NCBI RefSeq assembly: GCF_034669765.1
Contig: NZ_JAXMOQ010000007.1
Location: forward strand, 75,595 to 139,594
DNA: 64,000 nt
Source: Roseivirga sp.
GTDB lineage: Bacteria > Bacteroidota > Bacteroidia > Cytophagales > Cyclobacteriaceae
Direction of reading: 5' to 3'
Every line of letters starts with the position of its first letter. Positions within the stretch are counted from its first letter, which is position 1. The notes beneath the pieces are model-generated. The model had not been told where the DNA came from. It saw only the letters and a list, made by a program, of their open reading frames with translations, and did no database searches. Shown one piece after another: positions 21,696 to 31,630 of the stretch. The translations under genes and the position numbers were made by a program.

Positions 21696-23598
21696 CAGAA
21701 GCGATTTGCCTCAATATTTTAGTGTCAATGTCAATTTTATTGGCCTTTCTTAAAGATTTCACCCAATCCTTTTCCAACCAATCCTGATAGTCTGCCATAA
21801 CAAGGCCCTTTATTTCCTCTAAACGGTATAGCCCTTCAGGAATTATTTCTTCAATGGCGTAAATTCGATTTTCAGCTGGCTGACTAAAAAGAATCTGTTC
21901 TTTCCAGTTGTGCGCGAAATTAGGTAAATCATCTCGTTGATATGTTCTTTTAGCAATTTTTAACGCACTAAATACTTGAGGATCAAGCTGAGCCTTTAAC
22001 GTTTTTTCAAGGGACATATTCTGGTTCCATGTAAAATTACTAGACACCTTTTCAAGGCTTTCAGAATCTACAGACTCAATTACCCAAACAGAAGCTCTTT
22101 CAGGAGCGACATAGTTCTTTTTGTTTGATTTGAAAAAAGAGTTAAGGCCAATGCTGTCTTCTGCAGCTTTGTTCCAGACCTCTTTTTCCATAATTTCGAA
22201 AAGCATTAATCCTTCCTTGTACTCATCAAGTAAAAAGCCGTATTCTGGATATTTTTGTGCTGCTAAACTGTCTTCATACTGTATGATTTCCTCTCGCTCA
22301 AAGAGTATATAGCGGTTCCATAATGAGGTTAAGGTAATTTGATTTGCATTGCCCAATGAATTGAAAAAATCGGAAAATGGGACTTCTTTTTCACCTATTT
22401 TGAAAATTGTTTGGGTAGACAAACTGGCTAAATCTATGTTAGGTAAACCTACAGCTGCAATTTGAGCAATGGTATTTTGAAGTCTGGGTAAGTCTTGTTC
22501 AAACCCATTTTCATGTTTTAGTTTATTGACCAATACCTCTGGCGATAATTGATTTCTTCCTGATCGTCTGATATTCTCAGAAATCTTTGACCTCAACTCT
22601 TCCAAAGAAGGCATTTGTTCTATGGCATCAAGGCGGATAATGTGCCAGCCGTATGAGGCCTCTAAAGGAGTGGCAATGTCGCCTGGAGTTTCTATACTAT
22701 AGGCCACATTCAAGAATTCTTCAGGCAATTGCCCTGTTCCTGCAAAAGGAAGAGACCCTCCATTCAGTTGTGTCTGACTATCTTCAGTATATTGTTTGCA
22801 GAGCGCCTTCCAGTCTCCACCATTTTGAATAGAATCGTAAATTGTTTTGATCAACTGGTTTCCACTTTCCCTTGAACGATCGTTTTTAGTCAGAAAAATG
22901 TGTGATGTTTTTATTCTGCCTTTGGCTTGCCTCTTGTCATTGACTTTAATAATATGATAGCCGAATTGCGAACGAATAATTTTTGAAATGCCATCCACAG
23001 GAGTTTCGTAAGCGCCATTTTCAAAGGGATAAACCATGGACATGGCAGTAAACCAGCCTAAGCTTCCACCATCTTTGGCGGATCCGTCTTGTGAGTTATT
23101 TTTAGCCAAAAGCCAAAAATCAGCTCCATTTACAGCTAAGCTTCTAAGACTATCAGTTTTTTCATAAGCCGCGAGCGTATCCATTGGGTTGGATTCATTG
23201 GCTATTCGAATTAGAATATGTGAAGCATTCACTTCATACTTCAGTCGGTTGTAAACCTCTAAAATAAGGCTCTCCTCTGATACTGGGTTCTGCAAATAAG
23301 GCTTTTGAATTTGGGCAATATACCCATTGTACTCCTCTTGAAAAGCTTCTGAAACATCAATCCCAGCTTTTTTGGCAGCTAATACTTTGAGCTTGAAATC
23401 AATGTATTGGTTCAAATACTTTTCGAGTGAATCGTAAATGATAGGTGTATCTGCCTTTTGATTTTTATGAAAAGCATAGAGGAATTCAGCTTTTGAAATA
23501 GGGGTTCCATTGATCTGAGCGACATTGGTATTGCTTTGAAAAGCTGATACTGGAGCAAAGGAATAGAAACAGAAAATCAATAAAACAAGGAAACGCAT
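21682..23598 (-). CDS. Parvulin-type peptidyl-prolyl isomerase (SurA/PpiD-like)
   Basis: ASHILI, GGSLGWF, FGYHII, GWHII motifs (two parvulin domains). Confidence 0.85.
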   Translation of the reverse strand: MRFLVLLIFCFYSFAPVSAFQSNTNVAQINGTPISKAEFLYAFHKNQKADTPIIYDSLEKYLNQYIDFKLKVLAAKKAGIDVSEAFQEEYNGYIAQIQKPYLQNPVSEESLILEVYNRLKYEVNASHILIRIANESNPMDTLAAYEKTDSLRSLAVNGADFWLLAKNNSQDGSAKDGGSLGWFTAMSMVYPFENGAYETPVDGISKIIRSQFGYHIIKVNDKRQAKGRIKTSHIFLTKNDRSRESGNQLIKTIYDSIQNGGDWKALCKQYTEDSQTQLNGGSLPFAGTGQLPEEFLNVAYSIETPGDIATPLEASYGWHIIRLDAIEQMPSLEELRSKISENIRRSGRNQLSPEVLVNKLKHENGFEQDLPRLQNTIAQIAAVGLPNIDLASLSTQTIFKIGEKEVPFSDFFNSLGNANQITLTSLWNRYILFEREEIIQYEDSLAAQKYPEYGFLLDEYKEGLMLFEIMEKEVWNKAAEDSIGLNSFFKSNKKNYVAPERASVWVIESVDSESLEKVSSNFTWNQNMSLEKTLKAQLDPQVFSALKIAKRTYQRDDLPNFAHNWKEQILFSQPAENRIYAIEEIIPEGLYRLEEIKGLVMADYQDWLEKDWVKSLRKANKIDIDTKILRQIASDEKR

Positions 23599-23605
23599 GA
23601 TAGGG

Positions 23606-24025
23606 CTACTTTTCGAAAGTCACTTTTTTGAACAAACGTAGGGTATTTTGATTCGGGCTTGAATCAAATTCTATTTTGTCCATGATTTTCTTTACCAACA
23701 TAATGCCCACGCCTCCTTTCTGTTTGGTTCGAATTAAATCTCCTAAAATAGGCTCGTTGTACTTTATAATATCGAAAGCAGCCCCTTTGTCAATAATATC
23801 AAACCAAACGCCTTCTTTATTAAAGCTGATTGAAATTTTTACATAATCTTCAAGGTCAGAACATTGACCATGGATAATAATGTTTGCACATACCTCATCC
23901 ACCGCCAATACCATCATATTGGTTTCAATATCAGGCACAGAGTGTTCATGTAACACTTCGGTTACAAACTTTCTCATTAACCTGAGTTTGTTTTTGCTGT
24001 ACGGTATGTTAAAACTATAAGCCAT
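23606..24025 (-). CDS. Anti-sigma factor / Ser kinase (RsbW-like HATPase_c_2)
   Basis: LAVDEVCANIIIHG (N box), DKG, GGVGIMLV motifs. Confidence 0.85.
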   Translation of the reverse strand: MAYSFNIPYSKNKLRLMRKFVTEVLHEHSVPDIETNMMVLAVDEVCANIIIHGQCSDLEDYVKISISFNKEGVWFDIIDKGAAFDIIKYNEPILGDLIRTKQKGGVGIMLVKKIMDKIEFDSSPNQNTLRLFKKVTFEK

Positions 24026-24359
24026 TTAATTCTACTAAAGCTTCTTCTTTTGTATTTTTAAGTATAAGCAACTGGTCTAGACCGAGAATGCCAAAAACTT
24101 TCAGCACTTTTTCGGATAGGCCGTAAATAACAAAGGTGGTATTGGTTTGATTTATCTCTTCGATGTAGGACATGAATACGCCCAATCCAGCAGAAGAAAT
24201 ATAATTAAGGTTAGTGCAATCTATTATGATGTTACTGTGACTTTCGTCAAAAGCCGAGCGAAGCCCCTTGTCCAACTTGATAGAAGAACTGGCATCTGCA
24301 TCTCCTGTTACGGCAATGGAGATGTAATTGTTTTCGTTGGTCTGTACAATTTCTAACAT
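24015..24359 (-). CDS. STAS anti-anti-sigma factor (RsbV-like)
   Basis: GDADAS, LNYISSAGLGVF with phosphoacceptor Ser. Confidence 0.9.
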   Translation of the reverse strand: MLEIVQTNENNYISIAVTGDADASSSIKLDKGLRSAFDESHSNIIIDCTNLNYISSAGLGVFMSYIEEINQTNTTFVIYGLSEKVLKVFGILGLDQLLILKNTKEEALVELNGL

Positions 24360-24376
24360 AAGCTTTTATACGTTCT

Positions 24377-26449
24377 TTATTTGAACTTGATCACCACCAT
24401 CGTGTAGTCATCATTTAAATTTTTATCCTCACAAAACTCAAAGAGCTTTTTAATAAATGTTTTTTGAATTGAAACTGCATCGAACTTTGCGTTGTCGGTC
24501 AATATCTTTTTCATTCTGTCATAACCAAATTCCTCGCCACTATTGTTAGAAGCCTCTGAAATGCCATCGGTATACAGTACTATGACGTCATCTTTTTGGA
24601 AAGTCATTTTATTGACGAACACATAGTTTTTGAAGCTGTCATTCCGTAGGATCCCAAGTCCAAGTCCTTTGTTTTCAAGGAATTCGGCACTGGAGTTTTG
24701 GCTGGAATAAAATAATGTTGGGCAGTGGCCAGCTCTGGAATACTCAACCGATTTATGCTCGGTATCGATGACAAAATACGAAAGCGTGATAAAAGAGGTT
24801 TTCTCTAGACAGCCACTCAAAGCCTTATTGGCTTTGACCAAAAATTCGTCAGGTGCGAGGTCCAGTTGAACTAGGCTTTGAAAAATACCCTTCATTTGCG
24901 ACATGTGGAAAGCTGCCGAAGTTCCTTTTCCAGAAACATCTCCAATGACAACTGCAAACTTATGCTCGCTCAGTCTGAAGGTATCATAATAATCACCCCC
25001 AACTTCATCTGGCGCTTGGGTAAAGGCATGAATCTGAAAAGAATCATTATGATCGAGGTTTACAGGTAAAAGTGCCCGCTGTACCTTTTTAGCAATGTTA
25101 AGTTCTTTTTTATAGCGTTCGTTTTCTAATGCTTCACCCAAAAGGCGGAAGTTTTCAATGGAGATACTGGCTTGGCTGGCAAAGGTATTGATGATGTTAA
25201 TCATCTCTTTATTGAAGCCATCGCTCAACTCATTGAGTAAGTACATGTGCCCCGCTATTTTCTCTTGAATGATTAGGGGAACAATTAGTACTGATCTAAA
25301 ATTTGACTTCTTAAATAAGATAAGCGTTTGGTCTTGTTCTGAGGCTTTTGAAAGCGGGTTTTTCAGCACATATTTTTGCTTGCTCACTTTTATTTGCTCT
25401 ATTACCTCTAGTCGGTTTGTGGGGCTAAGGTTTTTTCTTCTGATTTCAGACTCTTCTGTACCTTGTTTGTTACGCTCAATTTCTAGCCAACCAGCATCAG
25501 CATATACAGCACTCATGGAGCTGGTTAGCAAAATATCAAAAATCTGGTTTTCGTTTTCACCTTGTTGAATGGATTGACTTAAGCGCTGGAAGTTGATTGC
25601 CTCTTCCATTTTCTTCTCAAAAACAGAAGACGTAGGAAGGTTAAAGAGGATCACCAAAAGTGAAAAAATGCTGTAGAAAAGCAAGAAGACAAACAGCGAA
25701 ACAATAAAGAGGTTGTCTATCGACTTTAAGATATCCATCGTCTCTTCCCCTGGAACATATATTGAGGTAAAGAAATAACCCAAGTAAATGGTGATAAGTA
25801 GAATGAGCAAAATGCTTTTCCACTTCTGCTTAAAATTGAGAAAAGCCACCCACTTTAAATTGGCCGATAGTATTAATGCCATTAGGGTAATTACACCGAA
25901 AAGGATTTTAAATAGATCATTGGTTTGTAGGTCTCCACCTATAAGGTTGAAAAATATGGAAAGCAGTATTACGCCTTCAAATACATTCCACCAGATGACT
26001 AGTCTTTTTGACTTTTGGTACAGAATAAGCTTTTTCCAAACCGTAAAAGTAGAAACGAGGAATACGGAAATTAATCCGAAGCGGATACTATACAACACCT
26101 CCTCTAAAAATGGATTATTGGCCAATGCCGAATCAGCAATGGAGTTGTTGAACAGGCCAAGGGCAAGTGAGACTAATGTAGCAATAAGGCCAATGGCAAA
26201 TACTCGCCAGAGATAATCGATGAAATCTGTACTTTCTACTTTTGTAATTCTAAGGCGGTAAAACAATACCACAAAGACAAAAAAGAAGTCGATTATAAGT
26301 ACCGGAACGATTGGAGAAATGCCTAAATCTACATCACTTCTTACCGCTAAAACCTGCAAAACATCCAATAGCGTCATGATTAGCCAGAGTAGCGTGGATA
26401 TCGCTAGGCTAATACGCATGTAGAATTTTTTTGTAAGCTTGGTTTTCAT
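24377..26449 (-). CDS. Membrane-bound SpoIIE/PP2C phosphatase with GAF domain (RsbU-like)
   Basis: About 8 N-terminal TMs; GAF region; VGGDYYD, GDVSGKG, YTDG, DDYT motifs. Confidence 0.9.
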   Translation of the reverse strand: MKTKLTKKFYMRISLAISTLLWLIMTLLDVLQVLAVRSDVDLGISPIVPVLIIDFFFVFVVLFYRLRITKVESTDFIDYLWRVFAIGLIATLVSLALGLFNNSIADSALANNPFLEEVLYSIRFGLISVFLVSTFTVWKKLILYQKSKRLVIWWNVFEGVILLSIFFNLIGGDLQTNDLFKILFGVITLMALILSANLKWVAFLNFKQKWKSILLILLITIYLGYFFTSIYVPGEETMDILKSIDNLFIVSLFVFLLFYSIFSLLVILFNLPTSSVFEKKMEEAINFQRLSQSIQQGENENQIFDILLTSSMSAVYADAGWLEIERNKQGTEESEIRRKNLSPTNRLEVIEQIKVSKQKYVLKNPLSKASEQDQTLILFKKSNFRSVLIVPLIIQEKIAGHMYLLNELSDGFNKEMINIINTFASQASISIENFRLLGEALENERYKKELNIAKKVQRALLPVNLDHNDSFQIHAFTQAPDEVGGDYYDTFRLSEHKFAVVIGDVSGKGTSAAFHMSQMKGIFQSLVQLDLAPDEFLVKANKALSGCLEKTSFITLSYFVIDTEHKSVEYSRAGHCPTLFYSSQNSSAEFLENKGLGLGILRNDSFKNYVFVNKMTFQKDDVIVLYTDGISEASNNSGEEFGYDRMKKILTDNAKFDAVSIQKTFIKKLFEFCEDKNLNDDYTMVVIKFK

Positions 26450-26524
26450 CAGTTTTTAGACGCGCCCGAATTTACGAATTTAACACTACGGCCAAATCTT
26501 AAAACTAAGTTTTAAGTAAACGGC

Positions 26525-28270
26525 TTATCTCAAATTTATCCCTAACTCTTTGAGTTGTGTTTCATCAATGGTAGATGGCGAGTCAATCATTACATCGCGG
26601 CCCGAAGTATTTTTAGGGAAAGCGATGTAATCTCTGATACTGTCAGAGCCACCAAACATGGCGCAAAGTCTATCGAAACCGAAGGCAATTCCACCGTGTG
26701 GAGGTGCACCATATTCGAAAGCGTCCATTAAAAAGCCGAATTGGGCTTTAGCCTCGTCTTCAGTAAAGCCTAAGTGTTTGAACATCAGCTGCTGTGTAGC
26801 ACGGTCGTGAATTCTGATAGAACCGCCACCAATTTCAACACCGTTGATGACCAAATCGTAAGCGTTGGCTCTCACTTTTCCTGGGTCGGTATCGAGCAAG
26901 GCCATGTCTTCCGCCTTTGGCGAAGTGAATGGATGGTGCATGGCATGGAAACGCTTCGTTTCTTCATCCCATTCCAATAGCGGGAAGTCGATTACCCAAA
27001 GTGGTTGGAAAGTATTTTTATCGCGTAAACCCAATTCTTTACCCATGTGCAAACGTAATTCGCTCATTTGCTTGCGGGTTTCGTTGGTGGTTCCGCTAAG
27101 TACCAAAATTAAGTCACCCGCTTGGGCGCCTGCTTTATCTGCCCAAGCTTTTAAGTCTTCTTGAGCATAGAATTTATCTACTGAAGATTTGAAAGTGCCA
27201 TCGACATTGCATTTTACATACACCAAACCTTTGGCACCAATTTGTGGTCTTTTCACATAATCGGTAAGGGCATCTAACTGCTTACGGGTGTATTCAGCAC
27301 AACCTTCGGCACAAATTCCAAGTACCAATTCTGCCTGATCGAAAATGCTAAAACCTTTGTTTTGTGCCAGCTCATTCAGTTCAACAAACTCCATCCCAAA
27401 ACGGATGTCGGGTTTGTCGTTTCCGTATTTGCGCATGGCATCGGCATAAGTCATGTGCGGGAAATCGCCCAATTCTACACCTCTTACGGCAGAGAACATG
27501 TGGCGGGTCATGCCTTCGAAGGTATTCAGAATGTCTTCTTGATTTACGAAAGACATTTCGCAGTCAATTTGAGTAAACTCAGGCTGGCGATCGGCCCTAA
27601 GGTCTTCATCTCTAAAGCATTTTACGATTTGGAAATACCTGTCGAAACCAGAAACCATTAGCAGCTGCTTAAAGGTTTGTGGTGATTGCGGCAACGCATA
27701 GAATTCACCTTGGTTCATTCTAGAAGGCACAACAAAGTCACGCGCTCCTTCAGGCGTAGACTTGATCAAAACAGGCGTTTCAACCTCAATAAAGTCTTGT
27801 TCGGTTAAGTAATTACGAACCGCCATGGCCAATTTAGAGCGCAGTTGCAGCTTACTGCGCACCGCATTTCTACGTAAATCCAAGTAGCGGTATTTCATTC
27901 TGAGTTCTTCACCACCATCGGTGTCGTCTTCAATAATGAATGGAGGTACTTTTGAGCCATTTAAAATCTCTAAGCTTTCTACTTTAATCTCGATGCCTCC
28001 TGTAGGAATATTGTCGTTTTTAGAATAGCGTTCTACTACGGTCCCAGTGGCTTTCACAACAAATTCACGCCCAAGTTTTCTGGCAGTTTCCAACACTTCA
28101 GCAGGGGTACTTCCTTCTTCAAAAGAAAGCTGAGTAATGCCGTAACGGTCCCTTAAGTCGGTCCACATAAGGCCGCCTTTATCGCGCGACCGCTGTACCC
28201 AACCACAAAGTGTAACTTGCTCGTTGCTATTGCTTTCTCTTAATTCGCCACAGGTATGCGTTCTTAACAT
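26525..28270 (-). CDS. aspS: Aspartate-tRNA ligase
   Basis: [41 protein letters not shown] motifs. Confidence 0.98.
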   Translation of the reverse strand: MLRTHTCGELRESNSNEQVTLCGWVQRSRDKGGLMWTDLRDRYGITQLSFEEGSTPAEVLETARKLGREFVVKATGTVVERYSKNDNIPTGGIEIKVESLEILNGSKVPPFIIEDDTDGGEELRMKYRYLDLRRNAVRSKLQLRSKLAMAVRNYLTEQDFIEVETPVLIKSTPEGARDFVVPSRMNQGEFYALPQSPQTFKQLLMVSGFDRYFQIVKCFRDEDLRADRQPEFTQIDCEMSFVNQEDILNTFEGMTRHMFSAVRGVELGDFPHMTYADAMRKYGNDKPDIRFGMEFVELNELAQNKGFSIFDQAELVLGICAEGCAEYTRKQLDALTDYVKRPQIGAKGLVYVKCNVDGTFKSSVDKFYAQEDLKAWADKAGAQAGDLILVLSGTTNETRKQMSELRLHMGKELGLRDKNTFQPLWVIDFPLLEWDEETKRFHAMHHPFTSPKAEDMALLDTDPGKVRANAYDLVINGVEIGGGSIRIHDRATQQLMFKHLGFTEDEAKAQFGFLMDAFEYGAPPHGGIAFGFDRLCAMFGGSDSIRDYIAFPKNTSGRDVMIDSPSTIDETQLKELGINLR

Positions 28271-28295
28271 GGTATGCTTTCGTAAAATTGAGCCG

Positions 28296-28303
28296 CAAAT
28301 TTA
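28296..28303 (-). promoter_or_regulatory. Bacteroidota -7 promoter element (TAAATTTG) for aspS
   Basis: Matches TAnnTTTG, 25 nt upstream of the ATG. Confidence 0.55.
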
Positions 28304-28424
28304 GTAATTGTTTTAGCAAATGGGGCTAATATTAGGCTTCAATCGAAAGAGACTTTTAATCTTTACTTATTCTGAAAAGATTTTTGCTTTCAATGGCCTG
28401 TTGGGTAAATAAAACGTTTGAACT

Positions 28425-28874
28425 TTGGAACTATCAGTACATAAAGACGAGTTTTTCATGGGTGAGGCTTTAAAGCAAGCCCAAATGGCTTTCGACAGGG
28501 GAGAAGTTCCTGTTGGGGCGGTGGTAGTTGCTGAAAAACGAATTATTGCTCGGGCCTATAACCAAACAGAGCAATTGAATGATGTTACTGCCCATGCTGA
28601 AATGCTGGCATTGACTTCGGCCTTTAATTATTTGGGGGCGAAATATTTGAAAGAGTGTACTTTGTATGTTACGTTAGAGCCTTGCGTCATGTGTGCCGGA
28701 GCTCAATATTGGGCGCAGCTCGGCAAACTGGTGTACGGAGCCAAGGATATCCGAAGAGGATACAGCATTCACCAAAGAAACTTGCTACATCCTAAAACAG
28801 AAGTGGTAGGAGGCTTGTTAGAAGTAGAGAGCGAAGCGCTTATGAAGTCGTTTTTCTCTAAATTGAGACCATAA
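28425..28874 (+). CDS. tadA: tRNA adenosine(34) deaminase
   Basis: EVPVGAV, TAHAEM, TLEPCVMCAG motifs. Confidence 0.85.
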   Translation: MELSVHKDEFFMGEALKQAQMAFDRGEVPVGAVVVAEKRIIARAYNQTEQLNDVTAHAEMLALTSAFNYLGAKYLKECTLYVTLEPCVMCAGAQYWAQLGKLVYGAKDIRRGYSIHQRNLLHPKTEVVGGLLEVESEALMKSFFSKLRP

Positions 28875-28905
28875 ATTTTTGTTCAACATAAAATCATAAA
28901 TAAAC

Positions 28906-29511
28906 ATGGCATTTAAACTTCCAGATTTACCATATGCATTTGACGCGCTTGAACCGCACGTGGATGCAAGAACGATGGAAATCCATCACGATAAACATCA
29001 TGCAGGTTATACCAACAACCTGAACGCAGCAATTGAAGGTACTGAAATGGCGGGCAAAAGTATTGAAGAGCTTTTGGCCAATCATACTGACAATGCAGCA
29101 GTAAGAAATAACGGTGGCGGTTACTTTAACCACGATCTTTTTTGGACAGTAATGTCTCCAAACGGTGGCGGTAAGCCTTCAGGCGATTTAGCCGCAGCAA
29201 TCGATTCAGCTTTTGGCTCTTTCGATGCTTTTAAAGAGGCCTTCTCAAAAGCAGCAGCTACGAGATTCGGTTCTGGTTGGGCTTGGCTTTGCGTTCACTC
29301 AGGTGGCAAAGTAGAGGTTTGCTCTTCTCCTAACCAAGATAACCCAATGATGCCAAATGTAGGCTGTGGCGGAAAGCCAATTTTGGGTCTTGATGTTTGG
29401 GAACACGCTTATTACTTGAACTACCAAAACAGAAGACCTGATTACATTAACGCTTTCTTTAACGTAATTAACTGGGACGAAGTAACCAGAAGATACAACG
29501 AAGGAAAGTAA
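28906..29511 (+). CDS. sodA: Superoxide dismutase (Mn/cambialistic-type signature)
   Basis: [29 protein letters not shown] motifs. Confidence 0.93.
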   Translation: MAFKLPDLPYAFDALEPHVDARTMEIHHDKHHAGYTNNLNAAIEGTEMAGKSIEELLANHTDNAAVRNNGGGYFNHDLFWTVMSPNGGGKPSGDLAAAIDSAFGSFDAFKEAFSKAAATRFGSGWAWLCVHSGGKVEVCSSPNQDNPMMPNVGCGGKPILGLDVWEHAYYLNYQNRRPDYINAFFNVINWDEVTRRYNEGK

Positions 29512-29534
29512 GATTCTAAAATCTTGATGAATTC

Positions 29535-29566
29535 AAAACCACCTCTGAAAAGGGGTGGTTTTTTGT
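29535..29566 (+). terminator. Intrinsic terminator after sod
   Basis: AAAACCACCTCT-GAAA-AGGGGTGGTTTT hairpin with T tract. Confidence 0.85.
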
Positions 29567-29716
29567 TTTATTAATATTGTTTTTGACCTCAGTCAAAAGA
29601 CACTATCAATTGATTGATGGACTTATTTAAAATAATAGGGTGAATATATTAGTTTTTTCTTGTGTTGAAGAGGGGGTTGTCCTATTTTGACACGTTAACC
29701 TTATAATTTTTTAAAA

Positions 29717-31630
29717 ATGGAACGAGTAATCTTGTGTGTCGCCATTCTGTGTTTGAGCTATTTTAATGTCACAGCGCAGGTCGAATCCCACGAATTTGGG
29801 AAAATAGATAAAGCGGATTTGGAAATGACGGTGTATTCACCCGATTCAGGAGCTGCTGCGGTTTACCTAGTAGATAAGGGAAGAGCAATATTTAATGAGA
29901 GTAGTTTCGATATGTACCTCACACAACTGGTGCGAATTAAGATATTGAAAGAAGAAGGTTTTAAGTGGGCGGATATAAAACTTGACTACTTAAAAGGTAA
30001 CGGAATTACTAAGCTAAAAGCTGCTACTCACAATTTGGTCGATGGAAAAATAGTAACCACTGAAATGGGGAAGAAGGATTGGGTTGATGAGAAAATCAAT
30101 GATGACCTTTGGTCAAAAAAGGCTTCCCTCCCAGATGTTAAAGTGGGATCTATAATAGAATATACTTATACGCGAAAAACTGGTGATTTCTCCCGTCTTC
30201 CAGCATGGATATTCCAAACGTCAATTCCTGTTAGATACTCTGAATACGAGATTGATATACCAAGGTATGGCGATTATCAAACGATGATGAAGGGCTATAT
30301 CCAACCCGCATTTGTCGACAATTCTCTTGGTAAACAGCATATCGTAATGAAAAATGTTTCTTCCTTAGATAATGAACCTTATGTCGCAACCATGGAAAAT
30401 TTCAGGTCAAAAATTGAGTTTGAAATTAAGGCCATTGATATACCTGGTTACTTTAAAGAGGTATATATGGAAAACTGGGAGGCAATTAATAAGGATTTAC
30501 TTGAAGACGTTGCCTTTGGTAAGGCATTGGAGGCCAGTGGTCAAATAAGAAAAATATATCCTGACGAAAAGGAATGGAAGAATGATGAAGCGAGTCTAAT
30601 TGATATCTTCAATTTTGTTAGAGACAATTATGAATGGAATGAAAGAACAGGGCTCTACATGTATGATAGTCCTCGTCAGACTTGGGGAGACAAAAAGGCC
30701 TCGGCTCCAGAAATTAACATGACACTTATTATGTTTTTGAGAAATGCGGGAATTAGTGCCGATCCCGTGATTCTAAGCACGCGGGCGCATGGCTATTTAA
30801 ATACATATGTTCCATTGATCAAACAATTCAATAGAACTATTGCCTCGGCAACGATAGATGGTAAAACTTACTTGATGGATGCTACCAATAAACTTAGACC
30901 CTATAATATACTCCCAACGAGTTGCCTTAACGGTCAGGGACTCAAAATTACATTAACCGGGCCAGAATGGGTTGACTTGAGTTTGAATAAGGAAATGGAT
31001 ACTGAAATTGTAACGGGTAATTTACGGGTAAATGATGACGATATTTTAGAAGGAGATGTGAGCGTAGTGTTTAGAGGAACAGCCTCTACACGAACGAAGA
31101 GCACTATTGCTGACCTCGAAGAAGAAGATTTGAAGGATGTTTTTGAAGATTTTGATGGTGAGATTGAAAACGTTTCGTTCAAATATGCGGATGAGGCCAA
31201 GGATAATGTAGAGGGTCAGTTTGACTTTACAAGAGAGAGTGGTGTGAGTTTTATTGGGGATAAAATATTTGTGAATCCAGTGTTAACTAAATTCATCAAG
31301 GAAAACCCTTTTAAGCTTGAAACCCGGCTTTATCCAGTTGAATTTTCTGCACCCATAATTAATATGTACATGTTTAATGTTGCTATTCCAGAAGGCTTTG
31401 AAGTAGAAGAGTTACCAGAAAGTAAGAATATTGCGTTGCCTGATAATGGAGGTAAGTACAGTTACCTATCTGCCATTCAGGGAGATAAAATCCAGGTTGT
31501 TGTTCGCTTGAACTTGTATAAAACAAGCTATTTACCCGATGAATATCCTCTGCTCAAAGAGTTTTTTAATCATGTTATAGCCAAGCAGGAAGGGCAAATT
31601 GTATTTAAGAAAAAGAAAGTTAAGCCATGA
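29717..31630 (+). CDS. DUF3857/DUF3858 transglutaminase-like protein, apparently lacking the catalytic Cys and His
   Basis: Signal peptide; RIKILKEEG, GSIIEY, EINMTL..L..AGI.A.PV.LSTR, FNRTI, YLMDAT. Confidence 0.8.
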   Translation: MERVILCVAILCLSYFNVTAQVESHEFGKIDKADLEMTVYSPDSGAAAVYLVDKGRAIFNESSFDMYLTQLVRIKILKEEGFKWADIKLDYLKGNGITKLKAATHNLVDGKIVTTEMGKKDWVDEKINDDLWSKKASLPDVKVGSIIEYTYTRKTGDFSRLPAWIFQTSIPVRYSEYEIDIPRYGDYQTMMKGYIQPAFVDNSLGKQHIVMKNVSSLDNEPYVATMENFRSKIEFEIKAIDIPGYFKEVYMENWEAINKDLLEDVAFGKALEASGQIRKIYPDEKEWKNDEASLIDIFNFVRDNYEWNERTGLYMYDSPRQTWGDKKASAPEINMTLIMFLRNAGISADPVILSTRAHGYLNTYVPLIKQFNRTIASATIDGKTYLMDATNKLRPYNILPTSCLNGQGLKITLTGPEWVDLSLNKEMDTEIVTGNLRVNDDDILEGDVSVVFRGTASTRTKSTIADLEEEDLKDVFEDFDGEIENVSFKYADEAKDNVEGQFDFTRESGVSFIGDKIFVNPVLTKFIKENPFKLETRLYPVEFSAPIINMYMFNVAIPEGFEVEELPESKNIALPDNGGKYSYLSAIQGDKIQVVVRLNLYKTSYLPDEYPLLKEFFNHVIAKQEGQIVFKKKKVKP

